This document shows positions 19,578 through 29,372 of a DNA stretch of 64,000 nucleotides, one piece after another. Numbering within the stretch: the first letter of the stretch is position 1; the number at the start of each line of letters is the position of its first letter. Both the position numbers and the translations under genes were made by a program. Under the pieces are notes generated by a model, which saw only the letters and a list, made by a program, of their open reading frames with translations, did not search any database and had not been told where the DNA came from. This DNA comes from Candidatus Microgenomatus sp. (GTDB lineage: Bacteria > Patescibacteriota > Minisyncoccia > UBA6257 > GWB1-50-10), in NCBI GenBank assembly GCA_020724805.1, contig DYGI01000001.1, positions 303,157-367,156 of the forward strand. Reading direction: 5' to 3'.

Positions 19578-20777
19578 ATGGCAGAGAAAGCAAAGTTTGA
19601 ACGAACGAAGCCCCACGTGAACGTGGGGACCATCGGGCACGTTGACCACGGCAAGACCACTCTTACCGCGGCGATGACGCACGTGCTCTTCATGAAAGGT
19701 CTGACGAAGAAAGAGGAGAAGGTGGATCAGATAGACAACGCGCCGGAAGAAAAAGCGCGTGGTATCACCATCGCTCTTCACCACTCGGAATATGAATCCG
19801 AGAAGCGCCACTACGCGCACATCGACGCGCCTGGTCACGCGGACTACATCAAAAACATGATTACGGGTGCCGCCCAAATGGATGGCGCCGTGCTTGTGGT
19901 ATCCGCCGCCGACGGTCCGATGCCGCAGACGCGTGAGCACATCCTGCTTGCTCGTCAGGTAGGCGTGCCGGCCATCGTGGTCTTCTTGAACAAAGTGGAC
20001 ATGGTGGACGACAAGGAGCTTGTGGACCTCGTGGAATCCGAGGTGCGCGAACTCTTGAAGAAATACCAGTTCCCGGGCGACACGACCCCCATTATTCGCG
20101 GGTCGGCCCTGAAGGCGCTTGAGGCAAAGTCGGCGGACGACGAAGCGGCGAAGCCGATCCTTGAGCTCGTAAAAGCGCTCGACGAGTTCGTGCCGGAACC
20201 GGTGCGCGAGAAGGATAAACCGTTCCTTATGCCTATCGAGGACATTTTCTCCATCGAAGGCCGTGGCACCGTTTGCACGGGCCGTGCGGAACGTGGGGTG
20301 CTTAAAGTGAACGACGAAGTGGAAATCATCGGTATTCGCCCCACCCAAAAAACGGTGGTAACGGGCATCGAAATGTTCCAGAAAACTTTGGACGAGGCGC
20401 AGGCCGGCGACAACGTCGGTATCCTCCTCCGTGGTTTGAAGAAGGAAGACGTGGAGCGCGGACAGGTCATTGCAAAGCCCGGTTCGGTTACGCCCCACAC
20501 TGAATTTGAAGCGGAAGTATACGTGCTCTCCAAAGAAGAGGGAGGCCGTCACACCCCATTCTTCAAGGGTTACAAGCCGCAGTTCTACATTCGTACCACG
20601 GACGTCACCGGTGAGGTCATCCTTCCCGCGGGCGTTGAGATGGTAATGCCGGGCGACACCGTATCTATCTCGGTGAAACTCATCGCGCCCGTCGCGCTCG
20701 AAGAAAAGCAGCGCTTCGCAATCCGTGAAGGCGGTAAGACGGTGGGTGCCGGTGCGGTCACGAAGATCCTTAAGTAA
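19578..20777 (+). CDS. tuf: Elongation factor Tu
   Basis: [22 protein letters not shown]; 399 aa. Confidence 0.97.
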   Translation: MAEKAKFERTKPHVNVGTIGHVDHGKTTLTAAMTHVLFMKGLTKKEEKVDQIDNAPEEKARGITIALHHSEYESEKRHYAHIDAPGHADYIKNMITGAAQMDGAVLVVSAADGPMPQTREHILLARQVGVPAIVVFLNKVDMVDDKELVDLVESEVRELLKKYQFPGDTTPIIRGSALKALEAKSADDEAAKPILELVKALDEFVPEPVREKDKPFLMPIEDIFSIEGRGTVCTGRAERGVLKVNDEVEIIGIRPTQKTVVTGIEMFQKTLDEAQAGDNVGILLRGLKKEDVERGQVIAKPGSVTPHTEFEAEVYVLSKEEGGRHTPFFKGYKPQFYIRTTDVTGEVILPAGVEMVMPGDTVSISVKLIAPVALEEKQRFAIREGGKTVGAGAVTKILK

Positions 20778-20782
20778 TCACA

Positions 20783-21115
20783 ATGGCCAAGAAAGACGTT
20801 GAACTTCACAAGGAGCGTATTCGCCTTCGTGTGAAGTCGTATGACGCGAAGCTCATCGATAATTCGGTTCGCCAGATCATTGAAGCGATCCGGCGGCAGG
20901 GCGGCGAAGTGGTAGGACCCACGCCACTCCCCACGGAGTTCAAAAAGTACACCGTGAACCGCTCGACCTTCGTGCACAAGAAATCGCGCGAAGCGTTCGA
21001 ACTCCGCGTACACAAGCGTCTCTTGGACATCATGAATCCGAATCCGAAAACTGTGGAATCCCTTTCCGATCTGAACCTTCCTGCGGGAGTGGATGTGGAG
21101 ATAAAAATGGGATAA
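20783..21115 (+). CDS. rpsJ: 30S ribosomal protein S10
   Basis: RIRLRVKSYDAKLIDNS...PLPTE. Confidence 0.95.
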   Translation: MAKKDVELHKERIRLRVKSYDAKLIDNSVRQIIEAIRRQGGEVVGPTPLPTEFKKYTVNRSTFVHKKSREAFELRVHKRLLDIMNPNPKTVESLSDLNLPAGVDVEIKMG

Positions 21116-21117
21116 AC

Positions 21118-21148
21118 AAAAGGCCGCCGAAAGGCGGCTTTTTGTTTG
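21118..21148 (+). terminator. Rho-independent terminator after rpsJ
   Basis: aggccgcc-gaaa-ggcggctt followed by tttgtttg. Confidence 0.7.
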
Positions 21149-21230
21149 AAGCAAGGGGTGATTGCCCCCGCACCTACCGAGGAGTGCGCCAGAGGCGCAG
21201 AATTTTTTTACTCCTCGATAGGTGTGGGGG

Positions 21231-21259
21231 TTGACGCTTTGGCCCATTTTGGTTAGGAT
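21231..21259 (+). promoter_or_regulatory. Sigma-70-like promoter for the rplC cluster (TTGACG-17-TAGGAT)
   Basis: -35 TTGACG at 21231-21236, 17-bp spacer, -10 TAGGAT at 21254-21259; followed by RBS aggagg and GTG at 21282. Confidence 0.55.
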
Positions 21260-21281
21260 TATCGGGCTTTAGGAGGCACTC

Positions 21282-21752
21282 GTGAAACACCGAAACACCC
21301 CGCCTAAAGCGGGTGTTTTTCCTATGACGAACATCGCGGCAACAAAGATAAATATGACGACGATTTGGAAAGGTGACGAGGCGGTACCAGTCACGGTTCT
21401 TAAAGTTTCAGACGCGGCGGCATGCGACGCGCTTGCGGAAGGAGCGATAGTGGCGGTGGCCGGCACGAGTCGTGGAAAAGGTTTTCAGGGAGTCGTAAAG
21501 AGGCACGGGTTCCATGGGGGACCGAAGACGCACGGTCAAAAAGATCGCCTTCGCGCTCCCGGTTCTTTGGGTCCTACCGCACCTCAGCGTGTGCTTCCCG
21601 GACGGAAGATGGCGGGTCACATGGGGAATGCGCGGGTTACCGTAAGAAATTTGAAGATAGTGGAAGTAAAAAAAGATGAACAATTGGTTTTCGTGCGCGG
21701 CGCAGTGCCGGGCCCGAAAGGAAGAAAGGTGGAGATGGTGGTAAAAGAGTAA
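21282..21752 (+). CDS. rplC: 50S ribosomal protein L3 (GTG start)
   Basis: GFQGVVKRHGFHGGPKTHGQ. Confidence 0.9.
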   Translation: MKHRNTPPKAGVFPMTNIAATKINMTTIWKGDEAVPVTVLKVSDAAACDALAEGAIVAVAGTSRGKGFQGVVKRHGFHGGPKTHGQKDRLRAPGSLGPTAPQRVLPGRKMAGHMGNARVTVRNLKIVEVKKDEQLVFVRGAVPGPKGRKVEMVVKE

Positions 21753-21758
21753 CGAACC

Positions 21759-22385
21759 ATGGCGCTTACCGCGGACATATTGAATTTGAAACACGAAAAA
21801 GTGGGGACCGTTGAACTCCCGACACGCGTGTTTGGCGCGGCATGGGCGCCACGAGCGGTGCACCAGGTGGTGACCGCATTTCTCGCGAACACCCGGAACA
21901 CGGTGGCGCACGCCAAGGGGCGCAGTGAGGTTTCCGGTGGAGGAAAAAAGCCATGGAAACAAAAGCACACGGGGCGCGCGAGACACGGGTCCACCCGTTC
22001 TCCCATCTGGCGCGGCGGCGGCGTGACCCATGGTCCGCTTACGGCACGTGACTTTTCCAAAAAAGTGAATGAGGGGATGAAACGGGCGGCGCTTCGCTCC
22101 GTGCTCTCAAAGAAGTTGAAAGACGGCGAAATTGCCGTAGTGGATTCGTTCTCACTCCCGGCGGCGAAAACGAAGGAAGCGGCGGCGGTTCTCAAGAAAT
22201 TCGGGACGCGTTCCGCGCTTTTTGTTTCGGCGAAAACGGACCGCGCGCTTGCACGGGCAAGCCGTAACGTGCCGAAGGTCGACACCATCACCGCGGCGGA
22301 TCTCCACACGTATGTGTGTGCGGCTCACCGAACCCTTTTCATTGAAGCGAAGGCATTGGAAGTTTTGAAAAAGCGTCTTGCATAA
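21759..22385 (+). CDS. rplD: 50S ribosomal protein L4
   Basis: Conserved uL4 core; operon position. Confidence 0.9.
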   Translation: MALTADILNLKHEKVGTVELPTRVFGAAWAPRAVHQVVTAFLANTRNTVAHAKGRSEVSGGGKKPWKQKHTGRARHGSTRSPIWRGGGVTHGPLTARDFSKKVNEGMKRAALRSVLSKKLKDGEIAVVDSFSLPAAKTKEAAAVLKKFGTRSALFVSAKTDRALARASRNVPKVDTITAADLHTYVCAAHRTLFIEAKALEVLKKRLA

Positions 22386-22767
22386 CACCATGGGAATCTT
22401 TTCCAAGACAACCAAACCGAAAAAGGAAGCGGCACCGAAGAAAGACGTGGCGCCGGTTTCTATCGCGTCCGAAGCGAAAGCCGCGAATTCTCACGATGTG
22501 GTGCGCGTGCTCATTGCGCCTCATGTGAGCGAGAAAGCGAGTCGCGGAGAACCGTCCGGCACCTACGCGTTTTTGGTGCGTGACGAAGCGAACAAGACGT
22601 TGGTAAAGGAAGAGGTGGAACGGCGTTACAAAGTGAAGGTAGGGCGCGTGAACATCGTGCGCACCCACGGCGCGATGCGATATTTTCGCGGACGCTGGCA
22701 CGAAGGAAAGATTACGAAGAAAGCCCTCGTCACGCTGAAAAACGGCCAAAAAATAGAGCTTAAATAA
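22378..22767 (+). CDS. rplW: 50S ribosomal protein L23, with an N-terminal extension
   Basis: VLIAPHVSEKAS...VKV; operon position. Confidence 0.85.
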   Translation: MHNTMGIFSKTTKPKKEAAPKKDVAPVSIASEAKAANSHDVVRVLIAPHVSEKASRGEPSGTYAFLVRDEANKTLVKEEVERRYKVKVGRVNIVRTHGAMRYFRGRWHEGKITKKALVTLKNGQKIELK

Positions 22768-22769
22768 CC

Positions 22770-23597
22770 ATGATAAAGATCTATAAACCTACGAGCGCCT
22801 CGCGGCGTCATATGCAGGGCACCGACTACCGGACGCTCACCGTTTCGAAGCCTTGGAAGCGGCTCACAAAAAAACTCCACGATTCTGCGGGGCGCAATCA
22901 TCATGGGCGGATTACCATGCGTCATCAGGGGGGCGGCAACCGGAAGCAGTATCGTATGGTTGATTTCAAAATGGAAAAGCTTAATATTCCGGCACGGGTT
23001 GAGGCGTTGGAATATGATCCGTACCGCACCGCGTTCATTGCCCGTGTGGTCTACAAAGATGGTGACCGCCGCTATATTCTTGCGCCGCAGGGGATGAAGG
23101 TGGGAGATGAAATAATCGTTGCGCCGAACGCGCCTCTGAAAACCGGGAACCGCCTTCAGCTCAAAAATATTCCGGTGGGCACCTTTGTGCATAACGCGGA
23201 GGTCTTTCCGGGACGAGGAGGAGCGCTTGCGCGAAGTGCGGGAACCTCGCTTCAAGTGCTCGCGAACGAGGAAGGGTATACCCATTTGAAGATGCTCTCT
23301 GGCGAGGTTCGTAAAGTTTTTGCGGAAGGATATGCGTCCGTGGGGGCAGTATCAAATCCCGAGCACTCGCTTGTGGTCATTGGGAAAGCCGGTCGTTCAC
23401 GTTGGCTCGGTATTCGGCCCACCACACGCGCAAAGGCGATGAACCCCCGTGATCACAAGTACGGAGGCGGCGAAGGAAGCACTCAGCGTGGTACCAAGCG
23501 CCCGAAGGACAAATGGGGTAATATCACGGGTGGTCGGAAGACCCGCAACAAGAAAAAGTGGTCCAATGCGCTTATTGTGAAGCGTCGCACTAAATAA
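22770..23597 (+). CDS. rplB: 50S ribosomal protein L2
   Basis: GRNHHGRIT...HQGGG. Confidence 0.95.
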   Translation: MIKIYKPTSASRRHMQGTDYRTLTVSKPWKRLTKKLHDSAGRNHHGRITMRHQGGGNRKQYRMVDFKMEKLNIPARVEALEYDPYRTAFIARVVYKDGDRRYILAPQGMKVGDEIIVAPNAPLKTGNRLQLKNIPVGTFVHNAEVFPGRGGALARSAGTSLQVLANEEGYTHLKMLSGEVRKVFAEGYASVGAVSNPEHSLVVIGKAGRSRWLGIRPTTRAKAMNPRDHKYGGGEGSTQRGTKRPKDKWGNITGGRKTRNKKKWSNALIVKRRTK

Positions 23598-23602
23598 TCA
23601 TC

Positions 23603-23938
23603 ATGACACGTCCATTGCGTAAGGGTCCGTGGATAGACCCGAAACTTATGAAAAAAATCGCGGGGAAGAATCCCGCGAATGCCGCGCCGGTAAAAACCTG
23701 GTCGCGCGATTCCGAAATTGCTCCGGAGATGGTCGGGTTCACTTTCCAGGTGCACAACGGGAAAGATTTTATCAGTGTGTCGGTGTCCGAGGATATGGTA
23801 GGGCATCGGCTTGGCGAATTTGCACCCACGCGGAAATTCACAAAGCACGGCGGAAAGATGCAGCGCGAGCTCGAAGCATCCGTGGCGGCAGCGCCGGCAA
23901 AACCCGCGGGCCCCGCGCCGGCTCCGGCAAAAAAATAA
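23603..23938 (+). CDS. rpsS: 30S ribosomal protein S19, with an Ala/Pro-rich C-terminal extension
   Basis: [10 protein letters not shown]...VHNGKDF. Confidence 0.9.
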   Translation: MTRPLRKGPWIDPKLMKKIAGKNPANAAPVKTWSRDSEIAPEMVGFTFQVHNGKDFISVSVSEDMVGHRLGEFAPTRKFTKHGGKMQRELEASVAAAPAKPAGPAPAPAKK

Positions 23939-23947
23939 CACCGCTCT

Positions 23948-24460
23948 ATGACGCAATACGCAAAAGCACAACTTCGCTATCTCCATGTATCGCCCCGCAA
24001 GACTCGCGCGGTGGCCGACGTTATCCGCGGACTCTCGGTCACGGAAGCGGAAGCGCAGCTCATGTTGATGCCGCGCCGCGCCGCAACGCCTCTTTTGAAA
24101 CTTTTGCGCTCCGCAGCGGCAAATGCGAAACAAACGATGAAGAAGGATGCAGATGCGCTTTTTGTGAAGGAGATTCGTGTGGACCAGGGGCCGAAATCCA
24201 CACGGTGGATGCCGCGCGCCCGTGGCGCCATGAGCCCCATCGAGCGGAAAACGAGCCACATTTCGGTCACGCTTGGTGCGTTCGAAGTTTCCAAGCCATC
24301 GCGATTTACCATTCGCAAGCCAGTTAAAAAAGCTTCGGAAGCAAAGAAGAAGGCAAAGCCGAAGCCTGAGACGCATGAACACGAGCATGCGCACGATGAA
24401 AAAGAAACCACGGAAAAGAAAGGGTTCGCCCAGCGCATTTTCCGGCGGAAAGCGGTGTAA
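23948..24460 (+). CDS. rplV: 50S ribosomal protein L22, with a C-terminal extension
   Basis: AKAQLRYLHVSPRKTR... Confidence 0.9.
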   Translation: MTQYAKAQLRYLHVSPRKTRAVADVIRGLSVTEAEAQLMLMPRRAATPLLKLLRSAAANAKQTMKKDADALFVKEIRVDQGPKSTRWMPRARGAMSPIERKTSHISVTLGAFEVSKPSRFTIRKPVKKASEAKKKAKPKPETHEHEHAHDEKETTEKKGFAQRIFRRKAV

Positions 24461-24470
24461 ATAAAGATCT

Positions 24471-25157
24471 ATGGGACAAAAAGTAAAACCAAACGCATAT
24501 CGCATCGGTATCACGCTTCCGTGGCAGAACCGATGGTTCTACAAGAAAGGCCTCAGATATTTCTTCGAGGAGGATTTCCGCATCCGCGAATACCTGCGCT
24601 CCAAGGTGCTTCAGGCTGGTATCGCATCCATTGAGATAGAACGTACCTCGGCGGCGCTCCGCGTTTCCATCCGCGCGGGACGGCCCGGACTCATCATCGG
24701 TCGCGGCGGCAAGGGAATCGAAGATTTGAGGAACGGACTTGTGGCGGAGATAAAGAAGTGGCGCCGTGAAGCAAAGGTGGCGGCACAGGTCGTGGTGAAT
24801 TTGAACATCGAAGAATTGAAGCGCTCGGAAGTATCCGCAGCCGCAACCGCGCAGCAGGTGGCGTTTGATATCGAGAAGCGTCTCCCATATCGCCGTGCAA
24901 TGAAGCGTACTCTCGAACTTCTCATGCAGAACCGCGACGTACTCGGCGCAAAAATCCGCCTCTCGGGTCGGCTGAATGGTGCCGAAATTTCGCGGAACGA
25001 CTGGCTCGCGAAGGGGCGCATGCCGCTCCAAACGCTTCGGGCGAACGTGGATTACGGCGAAGCAACCTCGTTCAACACCTACGGCACGGTGGGCGTGAAG
25101 GTGTGGATCTACAAAGGCGACATCTTTGATAATGAAAAAGGAAAAATGCAAAAATGA
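24471..25157 (+). CDS. rpsC: 30S ribosomal protein S3
   Basis: MGQKVKPNAYRIGI...GRGGKGIE (KH domain). Confidence 0.95.
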   Translation: MGQKVKPNAYRIGITLPWQNRWFYKKGLRYFFEEDFRIREYLRSKVLQAGIASIEIERTSAALRVSIRAGRPGLIIGRGGKGIEDLRNGLVAEIKKWRREAKVAAQVVVNLNIEELKRSEVSAAATAQQVAFDIEKRLPYRRAMKRTLELLMQNRDVLGAKIRLSGRLNGAEISRNDWLAKGRMPLQTLRANVDYGEATSFNTYGTVGVKVWIYKGDIFDNEKGKMQK

Positions 25158-25196
25158 AAATTTTCCATTTTGATTTTTCCATTTTAATTTAACGTT

Positions 25197-25610
25197 ATGT
25201 TGCAACCAAAGAAACAAAAGTTCAGAAAGCAGCAGAAAGGACGTTCGCGCCGCCGCCTGGTGGAAACGCGCGGAGTAACGCTCGGGTATGGGCGCTACGG
25301 CCTCCAAGCAACATCCGCTTCGTGGGTAACGGCGAATCAGATCGAAGCGGCACGCAAAGCCATCAGTCATGAGCTCGCGAAGGAAGGGAAGATGTGGATT
25401 AGAATTTTCCCCGATAAACCAATTACAAAACTGCCGCCCGAGGTCACCTTGGGAGGTGGAAAAGGGGACGTGGACCACTACGTGTTTCCGGTAAAGCCCG
25501 GCCGCATGCTTTTTGAAGTGGATGGCGTCAAAGAGGAAACCGCGCGTGCGGCGTTGAAGCGTGCAGGATATAAACTTCCGGTTGGCACGCGGATTGTCGC
25601 GAAACAATAA
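25197..25610 (+). CDS. rplP: 50S ribosomal protein L16
   Basis: MLQPKKQKFRKQQKGR... Confidence 0.95.
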   Translation: MLQPKKQKFRKQQKGRSRRRLVETRGVTLGYGRYGLQATSASWVTANQIEAARKAISHELAKEGKMWIRIFPDKPITKLPPEVTLGGGKGDVDHYVFPVKPGRMLFEVDGVKEETARAALKRAGYKLPVGTRIVAKQ

Positions 25611-25618
25611 TCATATGA

Positions 25619-25739
25619 ATCCCGTTAGAAACAACTAAATTCTACAATCATGATTTACCGAAACAACAGCACAATATCTAGCACAAAGGTCTCGTGGCTC
25701 AACCACGGTCGTCTTGAGACGACCTGTCTCTAACGGGAT
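25619..25739. repeat. Palindromic structured leader element, copy A (121 bp; termini ATCCCGTTAGAAA...TCTCTAACGGGAT)
   Basis: Inverted termini shared with 34808..34883 and 45004..45079; two internal hairpins (cgtgg/ccacg and ggtcgtc/gacgacc); the right terminus overlaps the rpmC ATG. Confidence 0.8.
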
Positions 25740-25950
25740 GAAAAAGAAAGACCTCGCCAATCGCAAAGGAAAGAATGAAGCGGAGCTCACCAAAGAGATC
25801 CGCGAGCTTGAGAGTCGTAAAGAGGCTCTCCAGTTTGACTTGGCGGCGGGCAAAGTGAAGAATATACGCGAAATTCGGGACGTGAAAAAAAGCGTCGCAC
25901 AACTTCGAACGCTCCTCGGCGAGCGTGGTCGCCTAACGCCTAACACCTAA
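25738..25950 (+). CDS. rpmC: 50S ribosomal protein L29
   Basis: ELTKEIRELESRKEALQFDLAAGKVKN. Confidence 0.85.
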   Translation: MKKKDLANRKGKNEAELTKEIRELESRKEALQFDLAAGKVKNIREIRDVKKSVAQLRTLLGERGRLTPNT

Positions 25951-25961
25951 CGCCTATTCAT

Positions 25962-26189
25962 ATGAGAACTCTTACTGGTATCGTAATTTCCGACAAAATG
26001 CAGAAAACCCGCGTGGTGGAAATCACGAGGGTGAAAAAGCATCCGCGTTATGAGAAGCGATATGAAGTGACCGCGCGCTTCAAGGCGCACGACGAGGAGA
26101 ACCAGTACCACACGGGAGATAAAGTGCTCATCAAGGAAATTCGGCCGATGAGCAAAGATAAGCGTTGGGAAATCGTGAAGAAAATATGA
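25962..26189 (+). CDS. rpsQ: 30S ribosomal protein S17
   Basis: [15 protein letters not shown]... Confidence 0.9.
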   Translation: MRTLTGIVISDKMQKTRVVEITRVKKHPRYEKRYEVTARFKAHDEENQYHTGDKVLIKEIRPMSKDKRWEIVKKI

Positions 26190-26551
26190 TACAAGAACGC
26201 GCCATATTGAAAGTAGCCGACAACTCCGGAGCGAAGACGGTCCGGTGTTTCCGCGTTCTCGGCGGGAGCCGCAAACGATATGCGCGCATCGGCGACATTT
26301 TCGTGGCGTCCGTGCAGGCCGCGGAACCGCGTAAACAGGTGAAAAAGAAGGACGTAGTGCGTTGCGTGCTCGTGCGGAGCCGCGCCCCCATTCGCCGCAA
26401 GGACGGCACGGTGGTGCGTTTCGATGACAATGCGGCGGTGCTAATCGACAAAAATGAGCCTCGCGGGACCCGTATTTTCGGCCCCATTCCTCGTGAAATA
26501 AAAGAAAAAGGGTACGACACTATTGCGTCGCTCGCGGAAGAATTGGTGTAG
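26186..26551 (+). CDS. rplN: 50S ribosomal protein L14
   Basis: [17 protein letters not shown]. Confidence 0.9.
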   Translation: MIQERAILKVADNSGAKTVRCFRVLGGSRKRYARIGDIFVASVQAAEPRKQVKKKDVVRCVLVRSRAPIRRKDGTVVRFDDNAAVLIDKNEPRGTRIFGPIPREIKEKGYDTIASLAEELV

Positions 26552-26559
26552 ACATGACC

Positions 26560-26871
26560 ATGAAGTTCAAGATCAAAAAAGGGGATACCGTCATCATGCG
26601 TCGCGGAAAGGACCGCGGGAAGTCCGGCAAGGTACTTCATGTGAATTTCACGACGTCGCGCATATCGGTGGAGGGGGTGAACCTGGTGAAAAAGCATGTC
26701 CGGCCGAAGCGCCAGGGAGAGAAAGGTGAATCGGTTTCGGTGCCGCGCTCGGTGCCCATTGCTTCCGTGGCTCTTATGTGCGGAAAATGCGGGCGCGGGG
26801 TGCGGGTCAGTATGAAGGTCGAGGGAAAAACGCGCACGCGAGTATGTCGCCGTTGCGGAAACGCGCTCTAA
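26560..26871 (+). CDS. rplX: 50S ribosomal protein L24 (KOW domain) with a C-terminal C4 zinc-ribbon extension
   Basis: MKFKIKKGDTVIMRRGKDRGKSGKV; C-terminal CGKCG...CRRCG. Confidence 0.85.
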   Translation: MKFKIKKGDTVIMRRGKDRGKSGKVLHVNFTTSRISVEGVNLVKKHVRPKRQGEKGESVSVPRSVPIASVALMCGKCGRGVRVSMKVEGKTRTRVCRRCGNAL

Positions 26872-26876
26872 CGAAT

Positions 26877-27368
26877 ATGACCAAAGCATTTCGCAAGGAC
26901 AATGACTTGGAGAAGATCGTCGTGAACGTCGGCGTGGGTCGCGCACGCAATCTCACCCAGTTCGAGGAAAAAGTGCTCCCGGCAATCCAAGAGGAGCTCT
27001 CGGTGGTTACCGGTCAGAAACCCTCGCCGCGCGCGGCGAAAAAAGCGGTTGCGAGTTTCAAAACGCGCGAGGGAGATGTGGTGGGACTGCAAGTGACGTT
27101 GCGCGGTGCGCGGATGAGGGATTTTCTCGAAAAGCTCGTTCGCATCGTGCTTCCGCGTGTAAAAGACTTCCGCGGGTTGGATATGCGCGCAGTGGATGAA
27201 CGAGGCGCGTTGAATGTGGGACTCCGCGAACAATACGTGTTTCCCGAGATTAACCAGGAAAAATCCAAGGTGTCGTTTGGAATCCAAGTGACGGTGGTAC
27301 CGCGCACCCGTAACCGCGCACGTGCAATTGCGTTTTACGAGTCCGCCGGAGTACCCTTGAAGAAATAA
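26877..27368 (+). CDS. rplE: 50S ribosomal protein L5
   Basis: Conserved uL5 sequence; operon position. Confidence 0.9.
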   Translation: MTKAFRKDNDLEKIVVNVGVGRARNLTQFEEKVLPAIQEELSVVTGQKPSPRAAKKAVASFKTREGDVVGLQVTLRGARMRDFLEKLVRIVLPRVKDFRGLDMRAVDERGALNVGLREQYVFPEINQEKSKVSFGIQVTVVPRTRNRARAIAFYESAGVPLKK

Positions 27369-27370
27369 TT

Positions 27371-27556
27371 ATGGCAAAAACATCCGTTATCGCGCGCGCG
27401 AAAAAGACCCCGAAATATTCCACCCGAAAGGTGCGGCGGTGTTTCCGCTGCGGCCGCGGGCGAGGCTATATGCGCGATTTCAATATGTGCCGCATTTGTT
27501 TCCGTGAACTTGCGAGTAAGGGCGAGATTCCGGGAGTAAAGAAGGCATCGTGGTAA
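27371..27556 (+). CDS. rpsZ: 30S ribosomal protein S14, type Z (zinc-binding)
   Basis: 61 aa with CFRCGRGRG...CRIC. Confidence 0.9.
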   Translation: MAKTSVIARAKKTPKYSTRKVRRCFRCGRGRGYMRDFNMCRICFRELASKGEIPGVKKASW

Positions 27557-27563
27557 ACACACC

Positions 27564-27935
27564 ATGTATATAAACTTTTTGATACAACTAAAGAATGCGG
27601 TACGTGCCGGCAAGCGTTCGGCAAAAGCGCCCTACACCACAATGGATTTGAAGGTGGCGGAGGTGCTCCAGCGCCATGGATTTCTCACGAATGTGGAGGT
27701 GAAGGGGCGGGCGCCGAAAAAAGTTATCGAGGTTGACTTGAATATAGAGCGTCCCATTCGTGACGTGCGTTTCAAGAGTACGCCGTCCGTGGCGCGTTAT
27801 GCGGGATATCGCGACGTGAAGTCGGTGAAGCAGGGCCACGGTCTCCTGGTTTTGACGACGCCGAACGGCATTAAAGCCGGGCACGAAGCGAAGCGCGAAA
27901 AAGTGGGCGGAAAGATTCTTTTTGAAATCTGGTAA
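27564..27935 (+). CDS. rpsH: 30S ribosomal protein S8
   Basis: Conserved uS8 sequence. Confidence 0.9.
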   Translation: MYINFLIQLKNAVRAGKRSAKAPYTTMDLKVAEVLQRHGFLTNVEVKGRAPKKVIEVDLNIERPIRDVRFKSTPSVARYAGYRDVKSVKQGHGLLVLTTPNGIKAGHEAKREKVGGKILFEIW

Positions 27936-27937
27936 TT

Positions 27938-28501
27938 ATGTCAAAGATAGGCAAACAACCCATTGTTATTCCGAACGGCGTCACGGTCACGGTGACGAAC
28001 GGCGTGGTTGAGGTGAAAGGGAGTAAAGGGACCCTTTCTATCCCAATGCTCTCTGGCACCGAAGTGAAAACGGAAGGGAGCGAGCTTGTAATTTCTCTCG
28101 TGGGAACCGGCAAACAATCCCGCGCGAACTGGGGCACACTTCGTGCGCTCATTGCGAACGCGGTTTTTGGTCAGACGAAAGAGTTTGAGAGGAAGCTTAT
28201 CCTGGAAGGTGTGGGATTCAGGGTTGCCAAAGACGGCGAAGGACTCACGCTGAACCTTGGATTTTCTCACCCGGTGAAATACAGTGCACGCCCCGGCATC
28301 ACTTTCGAGGTTGATGCGAAGGCGAACGCGCTGCTAGTGAAGGGAATGGATAAATCACTGGTAGGTCAGGTAGCAGCCGAGATTCGAGCGCTCAAAAAAC
28401 CGGAGCCTTATAAAGGGAAAGGTTTCCGCTATTCCGATGAGGTCATCCAGCGTAAAGCGGGCAAGAAAGCGGCAGCGGCATCAGGCGGGGCTGCGGCGTA
28501 G
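27938..28501 (+). CDS. rplF: 50S ribosomal protein L6
   Basis: MSKIGKQPI... Confidence 0.9.
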   Translation: MSKIGKQPIVIPNGVTVTVTNGVVEVKGSKGTLSIPMLSGTEVKTEGSELVISLVGTGKQSRANWGTLRALIANAVFGQTKEFERKLILEGVGFRVAKDGEGLTLNLGFSHPVKYSARPGITFEVDAKANALLVKGMDKSLVGQVAAEIRALKKPEPYKGKGFRYSDEVIQRKAGKKAAAASGGAAA

Positions 28502-28522
28502 CGCACATAATATTTTTCTATC

Positions 28523-28879
28523 ATGCGTAAAGTAAAATCATCCATTCAAACCCAGCGTGCGCGCCGCGCGTTCCGCGTGCGAAGTAAGGTGCGCGGCACC
28601 GCAGAGCGCCCCCGACTTTCCATTTTCCGCAGCAATCGCTTCACAGTGGTGCAGCTTATTGACGACGTCACCGGGAAGACCATGGTGCACGCGTCCTCGC
28701 GCGAGCTGAAGGAAAAAGGTGCAAAGGGCACGATAGCGGCCTTGGTGGGGAAAGCGATCGCGGAGCGCGCGAAAAAAGCGGGTATCGCGAAGGCGGTGGC
28801 GGATCGCGGAAGTTATCGGTACCATGGACGCGTGAAGGCGCTTGTCGAAGCGGCTCGTGAAGCGGGACTTTCCATATAA
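28523..28879 (+). CDS. rplR: 50S ribosomal protein L18
   Basis: RLSIFRSNR... Confidence 0.9.
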   Translation: MRKVKSSIQTQRARRAFRVRSKVRGTAERPRLSIFRSNRFTVVQLIDDVTGKTMVHASSRELKEKGAKGTIAALVGKAIAERAKKAGIAKAVADRGSYRYHGRVKALVEAAREAGLSI

Positions 28880-28886
28880 CCACACC

Positions 28887-29372
28887 ATGAGAAGGATAAT
28901 GATGAAAAAGAAAAGCGATTACGCGGACCGGCTCCTTGAAGTGCGGCGGGTGACGCGTGTTATGGCCGGAGGAAAGCGTTTCAGTTTCCGTGCGGCGGTG
29001 GTGGTGGGCGATATGCGCGGGAAAGTGGGATTTGGGCTCGGGAAGGGCTTGGACGTCATGAGCGCCATCGAAAAAGCAAAACGTCAAGGCGAGAAAAGCC
29101 TCATCACGGTTCCTTTGGTTGATCGGAGGACCATTCCCCATGAGATTGATGCGAAATATGGTGCGGCGCAGGTGCGTTTGAAGCCGGCGAAAGAAGGGCA
29201 CGGACTCATCGCCGGTTCGGCGGCTCGTGCAGTTTTGGAACTCGCGGGGATACGCGATGTTTCCGCAAAGACCACAGGACGCACCAAGAACAAAATTGCG
29301 AACGCCCGCGCAGCACTCGCCGCACTTGCGGGACTTCATCCAAGAAAAATGAAAACCGATGCAACTACATGA
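28887..29372 (+). CDS. rpsE: 30S ribosomal protein S5
   Basis: RVTRVMAGGKRFSFRAAVVVGD...GLGKG. Confidence 0.9.
   Translation: MRRIMMKKKSDYADRLLEVRRVTRVMAGGKRFSFRAAVVVGDMRGKVGFGLGKGLDVMSAIEKAKRQGEKSLITVPLVDRRTIPHEIDAKYGAAQVRLKPAKEGHGLIAGSAARAVLELAGIRDVSAKTTGRTKNKIANARAALAALAGLHPRKMKTDATT

Noticed and set aside
25619-25739. Palindromic elements interpreted as a MITE or transposon, or as tRNA-like genes
   Set aside because: No transposase or integrase is present in the window and no target-site duplications are evident. The fold has a 3-nt loop where an anticodon loop would be. The structured leader-element interpretation is favoured, but mobile-element origin is not excluded.
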